Shown in pieces: positions 1-17,941 of a stretch of DNA of 64,000 nucleotides. Each line of letters begins with the position of its first letter. The stretch's first letter is position 1. This DNA comes from the human T2T-CHM13v2.0 reference genome, Homo sapiens. The position numbers were made by a program, and so were the translations under genes. The notes below the pieces were generated by a model. That model was not told the DNA's origin. It did not search any database and saw nothing but the letters and a program-made list of their open reading frames with translations. The stretch lies in NCBI RefSeq assembly GCF_009914755.1, contig NC_060926.1. One strand, given 5' to 3'.

Positions 1-2380
1 TCATTTTAAAGATGAGAAAATTGAAATGTAGAGAGATCAGGGTTTGACAGAGATAAAAACACTAGTATTACCTAGCCCCTTTCAGAGTCCATGACCTTCT
101 TAATAAATCATGTTGCTTTACAAAGATTTTCACATGCAATGCTTTATTTCTCTATGGACAATTCCAGTGTTTTAGATCAGGACCACTTAATTTACAAGCT
201 TCATTTTAATCCATTTCCCATTTGCCCCCAGAAATGAGCACTGGCAGAGAGCTGTGCTTTTTTTTTTCTCTAAATGGGAAAGTGTTGAAATATTTAATAC
301 ATCATCAAGTTATTAGGACACAATTTCTGTAATGGTAAACTTGGGACTGGAGTAAATAAATCCTAGCTATCCTTGCCTCTTTCATTGAATTCAATTCCAA
401 TTTTAATCTGGCAGTCAGTCTTTCCAAAATATTTGGAACTGGAAGCGGCCTCCAAACACCTGGTGAACCTTTCCACACCAGTGGATCAGATACTCACTAA
501 ATGCATGCCTTCCTTTTCCCGTCTCCCTGCATTCTACCAACAGCTGGATGAAAGATGGCTCATTTATGCCAACTATCAAGACATGATGTTTTCATAATCT
601 GGAAATCATAAAGCTTATTCAAGGATCAGGACGTATTCTAAGCTATTTTAGAACATGTGCTGCCAAATAAGAGAGTGCTTATTGCAACTACTCAAAATGT
701 TTTTTGAACAGAATGTTTTATACTAAATACATATCATCTTATTCAAGTATTGGGCCAATTCTCCACACCATATTCTGCAAAATAACATTTTCTAGGTTAG
801 AAATGATGGATGTGATGTTTGTTTAAAGCCTTACATCTTTACAAATAGTAAGTCAAATGTAATAGAATCAAAGAAATGCTATAAATATTTGAAATTCCAA
901 GTTGAGATTCTGAAGTCTCCAGAGGATGATGGCCCCAAAATTTCTGTATGATCAAGTCTTTATTTACCTTTCCAGATTAAAAATACGTAAACATGACATT
1001 CAAATTAAGGAAAAAATAAGAACAGAATAAGTAGAAAAACTTAAAAGGAAAAAAAATGAGTAAAAAATTAGTTGATTAGGAAAAAATAATTGAAATAATG
1101 AATAAAACAATTTCTTTTAAAAATTAAAGTCTCTGACTAGATTGATCCAGAATGAACACAAAATTATACAATATTAAAAATTAACATGGAAAAATATTGA
1201 AGATACTTTAGAAACTGTTAAAACCTAAAGGAAAAGTTATAAACTATTTACTAACCATTTGCAAACTAGATAAAAGTGAAAGTTCTAGAAAAACACAAAT
1301 AATCAAATTTAACCTTAGGGGGATGGGAAATGAGATTAGATAATTCATTAAATTACAGTATCTACTGAAAACCTATTACTTCCTAAAAGTTGCTAGCCTA
1401 TAAGAACTATTTTATACAAACTACCTAAGATCCATCTCACCTTATTAAAAAACCCTGATACAAGAATTAGAAAAACAGATACAAATCAAAAGGATATAAT
1501 AGACCAAAAGCTCTTACCATAATGCTGGCAACCTAAAATTTTTTAGAGTTTATTGGGATATACATTTATTAAGATATATATTGAGACACAGTTTATTGAG
1601 ATACAGTTCACATACTATACAATTCATTGATTGAATTCACAGAGTTATGCTTCTATTGCCACAATCTAATTTTAGAACATTTCCAGTGCTCTGATAAGAT
1701 CCCCATGCCAATTAGCAAGGAGTCATCTCCTACCCCCAAACTGCATCCTAGGCAAATGCTAATCTACATTCTGACTCTATAGATTTGCTGATTCCAGTCA
1801 ATTCATACAAACGGAATCTTACAATATGTAATGTGTTGTGACTGGCTTCTTTGACTTAGCATAATACTATCACAGTTCATCGAAATTGTAGCATGTATTA
1901 GAATGTAATTCCTTTTACTTGACAAATACTATTCAATTGTATGAATATGTTATATTTTATTCATCCAGTGAATAAATTAATGGGCATTTGGATTGTTTCC
2001 ATTTTTGGAAATTGTAAACAATGCTTCTATGAACATCCATGTATGAGGTTTTGTGAGGATGTGTTTTTAATTCTTTTGAATATATACCTAGGAATGGAAT
2101 TGCTAGGTCATATGGAAACAATAAGTTTAACATTTTAAGGACTTACTAATTATTTTTTGCCAAAGTAGCTGTACCTGTTTACATTCCCATGAGGAGTATA
2201 CGGGGTTTCCATTCCTTCACATCCTTGCCACTGCTTGCTATTGCCTGCCTTTTTTAGTCTAAGCATCCTAGTGGGTGTGTGTAGTAGTATCCCATTGTGG
2301 TTTTGAATTGCATTTCCCTAATGGCTAATGTTGCTCTGTAGCCAGTGTTCTTCAGAGAAACAGAACCAATAGGATGGATG

Positions 2381-2424
<44 letters not shown>
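2381..2424. repeat. (GATA)11 tetranucleotide STR, preceded by GGAT units
   Basis: Counted directly; lies in the MLT2 LTR's simple-repeat tract. Confidence 0.97.
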
Positions 2425-2425
<1 letters not shown>

Positions 2426-2567
2426 AGTGATTGGCTCATGCAATTATGAAGACTGAGAAGTTCTACAGGTCTGCCATCTGAAAGCTGGAGACCCAGGAAA
2501 GCTGGTGTTGTAATTCAAGTCCAAGTCTGAAGGACTGAGAACCAGTGGAGTCAATGGTAAGTCTTGA

Positions 2568-2773
<206 letters not shown>

Positions 2774-3778
2774 AGATATCCACCCACGTTGGTGAGGACA
2801 ATCTTTTTTACTCAGTCTACCAATTCAAATGCTAATCTCTTTCAAAAACTTCTTAACAGATACAACCAGAGATAATGTTTCACCAGCTATTTGGGTATCT
2901 TTTACGCCAGTCTAGTTGACACATAAAGTTTAAATATCACAGACAGTGTGCATCTTTTAATGTACTCTGATTATTTTTAGGTCTTCTTTGGAGAAACGTA
3001 TATTCAGATCCTTGGCTCATTTTTAATTAAAATTTATTTTTCTGTTATTGATTTGTAACAGTGGTTTATATATTGTGGATATAAGTCCCTTATAAGATAC
3101 ATGATTTGCAAATATTTTCTTATATGGGTTATCTTTTCATGTTCTTGATAGTATCATTTGCAGCACACAAGTAATTTTATTGAAGTCCAATTTATCTATA
3201 TTGTCTTTTGTTGTTTGTGGTTCTGGGGCCTATCTACAAAACCACTGCCAAATCTAAGGTCACAATTTATTCCTATGTTTTCTTATAAGAGTTTTGTATT
3301 TTTTTTTACAGTTAGGTTTATGATCCATAATGAGGTAATTTTTGTGTATGGTGTGAGGAAGGGGCCCAACTAAATTCTTTAACATGTGGATATCCAGTTG
3401 TTCCAGCATCCTTTTTGGCAAAGACCTATCTTTGCCCATTGAATTGTCTTGGTGCTCTTGTCAAAATCATTGGTCATAAATGTAAAGATTTATTTCTGGA
3501 TTCTCAACTCCATTCCATTGATGTATATGCATCTCTTCTTATGCCAGTACTTACCCTGTTATGATAACTGTGCTCCTAGACCAAGAGCTGGGGTTTAGGA
3601 AGCCCTGTGTTCTTGGCCACACCCTTCAATTATTTTCACAGTTAGCTGGGGATAAGGGGTGGGCCATGGCTTAAATGCCATAACCCTTACTGTTCTTCTC
3701 AAAATTTAGTAGTTTTTTAAATAAATACTTCCCTATTTGCTGTACACACTTAGAACAATTTCTAGTGACTGTTACAAA

Positions 3779-3930
3779 TTTTTTTTTTTTTTTTTTTTTT
3801 GAGACAGAGTCTCGCTCTGTTGCCCAGGCTGTAGTGCAGTGGCGCCATCTCGGCTCACTGCAAGCTCCGCCTCCTGGGTTCACGCCATTCTCCTGCCTCA
3901 GCCTCCGGAGTAGCTGGGACTACAGGCGCC
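3779..3930 (-). mobile_element. 5'-truncated AluY-like element (right arm only)
   Basis: Poly-T, then 'gagacagagtctcgctctg...gcaagctccgcctcctgggttcacgccattctcc' (Y-diagnostic); stops at 'tacaggcgcc'. Confidence 0.92.
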
Positions 3931-4049
3931 AGTTACGATTGTTTCACTGGGGTGAGGATCTATGGTGCTTTTCACCCCATCAACATCATCATTTCAGAAG
4001 TCTATTTGGGTTTTGAGGGGGTACTTTAAAAAAAAATTATCCTTCTGCC

Positions 4050-5110
4050 TTTTAATTTAGATAGTTGCTATTGCTATGTTCTAATTCACTGATATTTTCT
4101 CCTGTGGTGCCTAATTTTCTGCTGAATAAGCAATGAACTCTTCCATTTCAGATACTACATTTTTTATCTTCAGAATTTTTTCTTAGATTTTTTATACCTT
4201 CTATTTCTCTCATCACTATATTCATGTTTTTCCATTAAATCTTTGATTATATTTAGCTTATTTATAATAACTATCGTAAAGTCTTTGAGTGCTAATTTTA
4301 CCATCTGGCTCAGTTTTAGTAAATTTTTATTGACTGATTTTATTTCCCTGGTTATGGTTCACATTTCCCTGTTTTTTAGTAGTCTCATAATTTTTTATTA
4401 CATGCTGGGCATTCCAAATACTATGTGTTTCCATATCTGAAGTTTGATTTTTAATAGAATGTTGAATGTTTTTCTGGAAGATTGTTATTGCTTAATAGCT
4501 TAAATGTTTTGAGGTTCATGTTTAAACTCTGATAGCTTGGGTCTAGGGTGGCCATTACCCTAGGGACAATTTAACCCTACTGCTAAGATGTGGCCTGTCT
4601 AGAATTTCTGCTGAATACTCTAAAGATTAGAAAGTTCTGTCTGTTTTGGCTCATCAGAGTTCAAATGTAAACAAACCCTATGTGAGCTCTGGGAATTTTT
4701 CAGCATATAGCATCCTGGTCCTTTCATGTTTGGGCTCAGGGAATTTTACCTTAAGCATGTGTGGCTTGATATTTAGCCAAAGACTCAAGGAGAACTGTGT
4801 GGACCTTTCTGGTGCTATTTTTCTGTCTAATTCCCTGTTATCCTAATCTCTGCCCCGACATTTCCAGTCACCCGAGCCTCACTAAACACTGAGCTCTTTC
4901 TCCTCCACTCAGCAGGACAAATGTGCTGTGCTTGGAGTCACTTTCATGTGCCACGATGTGGAGTGTGTACATAGGCAGAAAGCCATGGCTATGACAGTGG
5001 TCACCTCATTGGTGTCCTTTCTCAGAGGCTCAGTTCTATGATTCCTGTTATCCAGTACCAAGAGTTATTTTATGTATTTTTTCTGTTTTCTAGTTGTTTA
5101 CAGCAAAGCA
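4050..5110 (-). mobile_element. Ancient L1M ORF1/5' region fragment
   Basis: T-rich degenerate L1 motifs ('aattcactgatattttctcctgtg', 'ttccatttcagatac', 'ctaattttaccatctgg'). Confidence 0.55.
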
Positions 5111-6673
5111 TAAGTCTGGTCTAAGCATTATGCCTGAAAATAAATCAACATGATAAACATAATAAGCTTTTAAGAAGGGGAGTTATATTATGAAAGCAAT
5201 AGCTTAAGAAGATGAGTTTGAAAATGGTGGACAAAATACAAGGAAGTGTAAGTCAATCCCTGACCTCGATGAGTTTACAATGTAATGTAAATGTTTCAAA
5301 ATCTTTCCATTAAAAATGCACTGGGAAAATATGACCTCCCATTTTAAAGAGTTTCTTATGTATTCCTATATCCGATAGCAGAGATCCCCAGAATCACTGA
5401 AGAACTTTAAATAGACACAGATAACACCCAAAATCTACTCTCTTAGCAAATCTCTAGTATACACTACACTATTTTTAACTATATTCATCATGCTGTACAT
5501 TTTTAATTTCAAACCATGCAGATAACAAGGCAACAACCCATATTGCTCCTATGCAGCCAGTCTGGATGGGACAGAGAAATATGTATTTTTAAATAATCTC
5601 TTCAGGTAACTTTCACACACCCAAACACTCTCACATTTCAGATGTAGACTAAACCGCTTTAGATTGTCTTCTGGGAGCCCTCAAATTCTCAAAATTGTTT
5701 CTGATTAAGTAGACGCCAATCTGGGATCTTTTGCATTCCCCTTTTCTCTCCTGATAGTATCTATTACTCAACTTTAAGCTCTGTTGTAATTTTTCTTGGA
5801 AAGCCTAGGTGGCCTCAAACCTTTCCAACCACTGTAATGTGGCCCAAGGTCCCACACTGAGTCACATAAGAAGCTTTGCAGATCTGCCTCATTCCACTGC
5901 TACTGCTTTATGGAAAAGCATCTAGTGAGTTCCATTCAACACTTCCCTAAAACGTGTGTTTACCCAAGTGAAAGCATTTTGGTTTCAACAGCTGGCCTTC
6001 CTGTCTGAATGGCTTTCCTGCTCTGGGGCCTGAACACCACTCCAGAACCCCATTTTGTGAACACAAAGACCACCAGGATGCCCATTCTCTCAAGACTCAG
6101 TTTTTCCTTTAGTGAAACTCTATTCACCCCTTACCAGGATCTGACAGTCTGGACTCTTTTTTCTACCTGGCACTATTTTCTAGGGAAACCCCAAATAGCC
6201 CTCAACTTATAGAAACTTTCATGGGAGAAGACAATTGGCCTTTTTCTAAGTCTTCTGGACAAGCCAGCTGGCCTGCATTTTCTTTTCCACAGCTGCCTGT
6301 AAGTTACATCTGCATTTCTACCTTCACACCACAAAAAGTTCTAATCTGTGTGGTCAGCCAGTGTCCCTTGGCAGTGAATCATGTCATCTCATTTTCCACA
6401 TTAAATCTAGAAAACTATTTAAATTCAATTGGACAATGAGAAAGGCCAAATCATTTATAAGGTCACAATTAAAAAGCACTCCACAATCCAGTTCAATGCA
6501 GACTGGGATTTTGGACTGGCATGACAGCAAACTCTAGTTTGCTGGTCTATGCCTGGTTTATGTCTTCTGAGCTTGCTCTTTAGCTCTTCCAGACAAATGA
6601 CAAATCAGATTCTGGCAGCATTATAAGGATAAATGAAGTCCATATGTTAAATTTCAGAGGGAATTTCTATTAG

Positions 6674-7003
<330 letters not shown>

Positions 7004-7588
7004 AGATATTCTTGAACAACATGCCACAGGCATCAGATTTTGAAGCAAGCAAAACAGCCCCAAACAGGTAGATAAAAGGAATTCATTCCAGCCCCTCTGC
7101 TCCTAGCTCAGCTTATACTAACAGCAGGATAACTTGATCATACCATTTGTGTACTAGTTCTCATACAAATGCACATTACATTTATTCTGAAAACATGCAC
7201 TTGGACCTCCACTCATGTTCCCATTAGCATCCATCTTGACACATCCATTCAGAGACTACAGGGGCAAACACTAAAATCAACCAATCTCTAAGATTAAGAA
7301 TTAATCTTAGAGAATTAAGAAAAATAGATGCATAGTGCAACCAAAGCTTGTGGGTTATATAAAAAATGTTTATTTCAGGTATTTATTTGCAAGGTACTAG
7401 ATAATCAAGAGTAAATGAGAGAGATCTTGTCCTCACAGTGGAGAGACAAAGAAGTAAGGAAAAACCATAAATACAAGTATCTTTTACTATCAAACCTATT
7501 CTATTCATGAGATATTTAGTGAAAAATAGTATTTTATCTGAATTTAGTTGGTTTCTATATTTCAAATAATGAGAAGTTTGGATGCAAC

Positions 7589-7590
<2 letters not shown>

Positions 7591-7627
<37 letters not shown>
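7591..7627. repeat. (AT)n microsatellite
   Basis: Pure AT run seen directly. Confidence 0.95.
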
Positions 7628-7630
<3 letters not shown>

Positions 7631-8103
7631 TTATTCAAATATATTTGGGATCTGAATTTTGATATCAAAATTAAAATAGCAAGAAATCTTGTACTTAAGG
7701 ATACCTGTGGCAATCGATGCCACAAAGTGGGGAAATGAGTTGCTGTCGTTAGTAACAGGATGAAAAGCTTAATTTAGACAGGGTGATTAGAGGACTCTGC
7801 CCTAAGAAGGGTGATGTTTCAGCCAAGACCTTGAGAAATGAGACAGACCTAGCTGAGTGAAATATGGGGAAAAATGTTAAGAAGAGAGGTGTTTAGGACA
7901 GAGATGCAAGGAGGTACCTGACCTTGCAGTACACTGGGGGGCTGGGCCAATGTTTGGATTCAGTTTAGGGGCTATATTTGGCCATTGCAGGGCTATCCTT
8001 TAAAACACTCTTAAGAAACGAACCACAGCAATTCCCTAAATGCATCAGAGAACCGAGGAATCAGAATAAGAGAGTGACTGTTAGAATAACGGACTTGCCC
8101 TAG

Positions 8104-8472
<369 letters not shown>

Positions 8473-9528
8473 TAATGTGACCCTTCAGATTTTGATCTTA
8501 GGATGTGGAACTTCTGACATCCAAGGGATCTATAGTACTGATAAAGAAACTCCCCCCACAGTGTGTAGTGATAAAATGACAAATGCCACGTGGTGCATCT
8601 CTTTCATTCTCATTGGAGTAAATTGATAAGAAAGATAAACAATAGCCACACAAGAAAGTCAACTTTGTCTAATGAAGAGACGCTGCAGCATAAAGCAAAG
8701 ACATGGAAATACCAAAGGGCCAGTAAAGACACCAGCACAATTGCAGGGAACCGAGATCACAGAGGAGCATGGCAGGAAGGAATGCCATTTTCCTTGGAGC
8801 TTTTGATTTTCAAAGTTTAACGGACTCCCGGGGCATCTGTGAGAAGGCTGAGAGTGGATGTGTATAACATGTCAACCTCTGGGCTACGGATTTTGCTGAT
8901 TCAGCTTCTCATTAACTTAGCAGGCTGATATCCACCATGTGACATTCATTCTTTAGATTTAATGGAACTTCCCTAATCAATTGAGACACTGACACCTTGG
9001 CTGGTACCAACATCAGCAGGGATTCCAGATGCAGCTAAACCAATAGCTGGAGAGCAGGTCAGGCTTCAACAAAAGTCCAGATCTGGGAAACCTAGCCTCT
9101 TACACAGATATTTTATATAAGGAAGATGAATTTCCTGTTTTTAGTACATCTTAGACTAGTTGAGCAATGGATTAGTAATAACAATTTGCATAATCTGGTT
9201 CTCGAACTTGCTGTAAGAAATGATCTAACAGAATCTACAAAGCACTGGCAGAACCATGCTATCTTTTGGCCAAGTAGTAGGCAAAGATAGAGCTGACTTT
9301 ATTCGGGAATAAACAACAGCAACCACAAAAAAGAATATCAAAATATTATACAACATAAAAGGAGAGAAACTTAGCATGAGAAAGATAGAGGAATAAATAG
9401 AAATTACTACAGGAAAGAAAAAACACTTTTAGGTTTAGGTCTAGACACTTTAAATGGGAAGATTTTCTTTCCATCTCAAGGCAGTAAAATCAAACATGGT
9501 TTTTATCAGTCAAGGCATAAAAGATGAT

Positions 9529-9913
<385 letters not shown>

Positions 9914-10333
9914 TTAGACGTTTCCCAGACGGTCATCAACTGCAGGAAATTTAAACAATGAGGTAAAGAACAAGGTAGAAAGTTTCTTTCAAAATAAAGA
10001 TGAAGAAGAAGAAAAGACATGAAAACCAACAAGAAAAAAATAGCTCTTTATCAGGCAACAAAGATCTGGTATACAGATAACTAATATTTCTGAAGAAAGA
10101 ACAAGAAAATAAAAATAAAACTCATTAGTTCTATTATTATTATTTTTCAAATCCACCATACCCCATTATTTTGGGCTACAAGATATGTTAAAGACTGAAT
10201 GGAGTACATGTAATTCACTGTGGTTGTGATTTTGATCCCTTTTTGACTATACTTCTAACTGCTTCGACTTTATAGATTTCACTGCTAATATTTGGCATAG
10301 TATATTTGATATACAAAGAGCACCTATAAATCA

Positions 10334-12130
<1,797 letters not shown>

Positions 12131-13438
12131 TGCCTAATGCTAGGAAGGATTGGATATGTTGTACCTGATTTAAACACTAGAGGGAAGAAAAACAAAGAAA
12201 ACCAGGAGGCATGCCAGATCCAACCCAAGGAATAGCGACTGCATGAAGAAGGGAAGGAAGTCCAGCTTCAGAGACAGACCTCACGAAGCAGCCACAAACA
12301 CGGCCCTGGGAGATTCCAGGTAACAGCAAAAATAGTGCTTATGCCTTCTTGAGCAGTGTCTATTACCCATCTCACCACCGGTTAGTTCTAGGCAAAGGCA
12401 GGTATAAGGAGCTCACTATGAAGATGAATCTGTGCATTAATGGTTTTGCACATTTTTGGGGGGAGAGCAGATTAATCTGTCACCCCTCGGTGCTGATGGG
12501 ACAAAAGCTGGTTTTACTCCTTGCTCTCGTCTCCTTCTAGCCCCCTTCTGTAAGAGTCGCTTCCTAACAAGTAATGCTTGCTTTTGTTTTTGTTTTTAAA
12601 ACCTGCTCAGACCTTAGTTTAGGGTATTTTGGGCCATACAATGGGATAGGTGTTATTAAAGGGAAGAGAGGTAGTTTGGGAGTCATATGTCTTTAGAAGT
12701 TGAAGAGGGTAGTGGTTACTCTGAAGTAGTGCAAGGTCGTGGGGCTGAGAGTTTCCCCAGAAACAGAAACTTAGGTCTTGGGCTGGCTCTGCCCCCTGAG
12801 GTGACAGGACCAGGAAAGAGAAAGTGTGTGAGGGTGAGGGCTGGAGACCAGGGAGGTGGTCTTGGAAGCCCTGTTACTAGAAGGGCCTGCTTGAGTGCTT
12901 TTCTCAGAGGGGACCATTCTGTGGGTGTCCTGACACCAGATTAGAATAGTGATGTCTGGATAGCATGTGTGAGAGAAGGGGTTCTCCACCCATCTTCCTA
13001 GACCTCGTGAGCCCACAAGTTCTTATCTTTAGAAAATAGGGGGAAATGCTCTGACATTGCATTTTGGCTAATTTTGGTGCCCGGATTTCAAAGCTAGCTT
13101 CAATACTATTTACATTCCAATAGATGATCAAGGTTAAGAAAGGAAATAATCTAAAGAAAATTTAGCTTTATCATTAATGGTATAACTTAAACTGTGAATT
13201 ATAAATACAACTTAAAATTAATATAGTCTTCAAAAGATCTGTGGAAACTTGTTTTGTTTTCCTTGATTTATTTGTTTAATTAAACACTGGGGCACTAATG
13301 AATGATGAAAATATGACCAAAAGTCTAAAGTCAAGAAAGATTTAAACTAAACAATGCAGAAAGGCTAGAGAAATATTTGACAATAGTATTTCATTTCACA
13401 AATTTAAAACTTTAATCTTATTTGATAACATGTTTTCA

Positions 13439-13806
<368 letters not shown>

Positions 13807-15987
13807 TCAGACAAGATAAAGTGAGGAGAGTGAGTGCTTGAGGTTCAAGCACCTGCTCATGGTTAGTGAACAGCAAACAACATGAGGGTGGTGGAGCCTC
13901 CAGATCTTTCCATTACTCCACATGTTAGTGGGATCACCCAATAAATGTCAGCATCCAAGATGAACAACTCGAAGGGAAAAATGAACGCATTACTATATAA
14001 ATGTATGACTCTGTAATAAAAAAAAAATACCCAAAACCTGTGTCATGACATTTGTCAGTCATTCCAGAAGTGAGTGTGTGAACTCGATCTGGCACTTATA
14101 ATAATCACATTTGCAAAGAGTTTCTTTTGCTGAGTGTCTGTAATTCATTTGGTTGCGGGAAGCTTTTCTATGGTAGCTCAGACCAAAGACCACATATCTG
14201 CAAACAGTTTGCAGGCACTTGTTTTCTCCAATACATCATTGAATTCTCAGGTTTCCTGAGGGAGAGGAGAGAAGTGAGGAAAAAGAAAGGAAGCTAAGAA
14301 ACCGATTTCATTTGCCACCAAACTCAATAAGCCACCTCTTCTTGAGGCATGTGTTGGTGGTTACCAGTGGGGACTGGAACAAGTTGAGAGCTGAACCCAC
14401 TGGGGCTGCGAGGATGTGGGTGAGGACCCAGCGTGGCAAGAGTTCCAGGCTTCGACCTCCAGCTGCACAGCTTGGTGATGGCCAAGGGTGCGGCTGCATT
14501 TGGAGGCTTCTGTAAAGAGGCAGGGGTGCCACCAACCAGCTCCCTTGATGCCCCTGCCGAGAAATGCTAACTGGAAACTCATGGCTGGATTGTCTGCCTC
14601 ATCTTGGGTTAACAAAAGGGTCCCTATTGCTTCAACCCTGGTCAGTTCAGTTCAAATCTATTGAGCCTCCTTATGCACCAGACATTTTGCTGGGCTCTGC
14701 ACATCCAGTAGAGGACTCCTGGTTTATGACTCTGTAAGAAGCTAGAAGTGGCCACTCCATCCTAAAAGTAGAAAGCTGAACAAACTGAAAAATCAACTCA
14801 TCATAGGGAAAACTGCTGCCCCCAAAATTGGAAGGACCAACAAAAAGTTGAAAACAGAGAATCACAACTTACTAGAGCAGAAACACAGGAGCAGAAACCA
14901 TAATGAGAACCCATGCCAGGGTAGGGAAACCTGAACTGTAATGGATGAATGGCTGGAGGCTTCGTGTGGACACATCTGAGGGTTAAACACTCCAGGGGAC
15001 TCAGTCATAAGGGCCCCCAACACTGTTTGGGGTTTTACCTCCAGGAGCTTGACCAGGTTCTCACAGAGAAGATGAGAGAAAAATTCCCTTATGCTTCCTG
15101 TAGGTTGGGGGAGGAAAGTTGCCATTTTAAACTATGCTAGAACATTCTATTTTCCCTAACCAGGCCTGCGCTCAAGTGGAATTGTTTTACCAGACCCTAA
15201 CCTGTTGGGGTTTCATTGGAACTTAACTGACCTGGGCCCCGGATGGGAAATACTCAACTTCAGTCCACTTTAGCCATCCTGTCCCACCAAAGATTAGGGG
15301 ACTGAGAAGCTCTTGTGAGGTCACAGTTCAGAAACACAGGCTCAGCAAAAGACTGACATCTAATAATAGGACGATAGGAGACTCCCCCTCCTCCCATACA
15401 TTACCGTTGCCTTAATAAGGGCCTATTTACTGCAGTTTGTTTTGCCCGCTACATCATGTGCAGCTAGCAAGAAAATAGTACAAGCCATCCTCAAAGGCAA
15501 ATAAACAAACAAACTCAGCTTGAGGAAATAGACCAAATATCAGAACTGGAGTTAAATATGGCAGGAATATTGGAGTTATCAAACTGGTAATTTAAAACAA
15601 TTATGATGATTATGCTGAGGGCTGTAGTGGATAAAGTGGACAGTATGCAAAAACAGACAGGCAACGTGAGCAGAGAGATGGAAATCCTGAGAAAGCACCA
15701 AAAAGGAAATGCTAGAGATTAAAAAAAAATGCCATACGAGGAATGAAGCGTGACTCTGACAGGCTTATTAGCAGACTGGACGCTGGAAAAGTAGATGTTC
15801 TCAAGCTGGGGAAAGAATCCCTGTGCTTGAAGGTTATTCAACAGAAACCCTCAAAGCTGTAAAGCAAACAGAAAAACAGACTGAGTTAAAAAAACCGGAA
15901 AAGAATATTCCAAACTGTGGCACAACTGCAAAAGGTGTAACGTATATGTAATACCCATACCAGAAGGAGAAGAAAGAGTGAAAGAAA

Positions 15988-16545
15988 TCATTATATAAAA
16001 AGACATCTGCACTAGGGTGTTTATCACAGCACTATTCACAGTAGCAAAGATATGGAATCAACCAAAGTGTTCATCAACAGAGGACTGGATAAAGAAAAAT
16101 GTGGTGTATATATGTAACATATATAATGTATATGTATAAACATTATATACATGTATATATGTTATACGTATATACATTGTATGTATAATGACTGATATGT
16201 ATATGACTGATATGTATAATGACTATATGTATGATGACTGAAGGCCATTAGCCTAAGTGAAATAACTCAGGAACAGAAAGTCAAATATCAAATATTCTTG
16301 TAACTGGGAGTTAAACAATGGGTGTGCATGGACGTACAGAATGGAATAAAGGACACTGAAGACTAAAAGAGGTGGGAAGAAGGGAGGAGCATAAGGGTTG
16401 AAAAACCATCTATTAAATACAATGTTCACTATTTGGGTGATGGGTACACTAAAAGCCCACACTTCACCATTATGCAATATATGCTTGTAAGAAAATGTGC
16501 TTGTACCCCCATAATATATAAAAGTAGAAAATATATATAGAAAAC
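15988..16545 (+). mobile_element. L1MA/L1PB-like 3' end inserted into the older L1
   Basis: 'tttatcacagcactattcacagtagcaaagatatggaatcaacc...tgggtgatgggtacactaaaagccc...ttgtaccccc'; flanked by aaagaaa on both sides. Confidence 0.8.
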
Positions 16546-16657
16546 AAAAGAAACAGAAGATATTTGAAAAAATAATGATGGGAATTTCCCAAAATTAATG
16601 TCAGATACCAAACCACAGGTCCAAAAAACTCAGAGAACACCAAGCAGGATAAATTAG

Positions 16658-16658
<1 letters not shown>

Positions 16659-16707
<49 letters not shown>
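16659..16707. repeat. (CA)n microsatellite, one interruption
   Basis: Seen directly. Confidence 0.95.
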
Positions 16708-17451
16708 CCCTTTACCTAGGCATATTATTTTCAAACTACAGAAAATAAAAATAAAGTCCCAAAAGAAGCCAGAGGAAACAGACACATTAACTATCAAGGA
16801 GCAAAGGTAAGAATTCCATATTACTTCTCAGAAACAATACAAGCAGGGAGAGAGTAGAGTAAAATATTTAAAGAGTTGAGGAAAAACAAACAAACAAAAT
16901 GCCAACCTAAAATTCTATACCTTGTGAAATTATCTTTGAAAACTGAAAAAGAAAAAAAATGCTTTCTTCAACAAACAAAAATTGAAGAAATTTGTTGCCA
17001 GTAGACCTTCCTTACAAAAAAAGTCAAAAGAAGTTCCTTAGAGAGAAGAAAATAATATGTCAGAAACTCAGATCTACATAAGAAAGGAAGAACATTGAGG
17101 AAGAAATAATTGAAGGTAAAATAAATACTTTTTTTATTCTTACCTGATTTAACAGAAAACAATTTGTTCAAAATCATCACATCAACGATGAATTCAATTA
17201 CATGTGCTTATGTATATGTCTTATATGTATTTTATACTTAACATATGCGTGTGTATGAATGAAATCAATAACATAGATGAATCAAGAGACAAGAGGGAGG
17301 AACTGGGTGACATTTGAAACCAGACTTGGATTAGTTGTAAATGTATATTGCAAACTTTAGGATAGCCACTAAAAAAAGTGAAAAAGGAATTTTAACTGAT
17401 AAGAAAGGGGAAAAAAAAAGCATTATACAAAATACTCAATTCAAAACCATG

Positions 17452-17941
<490 letters not shown>

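Noticed and set aside
373-597. 74-aa ORF / possible minus-strand mini-exon ending at gtgagt
   Set aside because: Non-ATG start, weak splice context and no recognisable homology.
5700-6300. Faint internal similarity (tctgggatctttt...ttttcttggaaagcc vs tctggactctttt...ttttctagggaaacc)
   Set aside because: Too diverged to call by eye; likely part of an ancient repeat.
12400-13095. Possible antisense LTR or primer-binding-site-like 'ttttggtgcccgg'
   Set aside because: I could not define termini, a TSD or a family.
14308-14615. GC-richer patch with overlapping ORFs on both strands
   Set aside because: No recognisable protein and not a CpG island; stop-poor because of base composition. An enhancer cannot be excluded.
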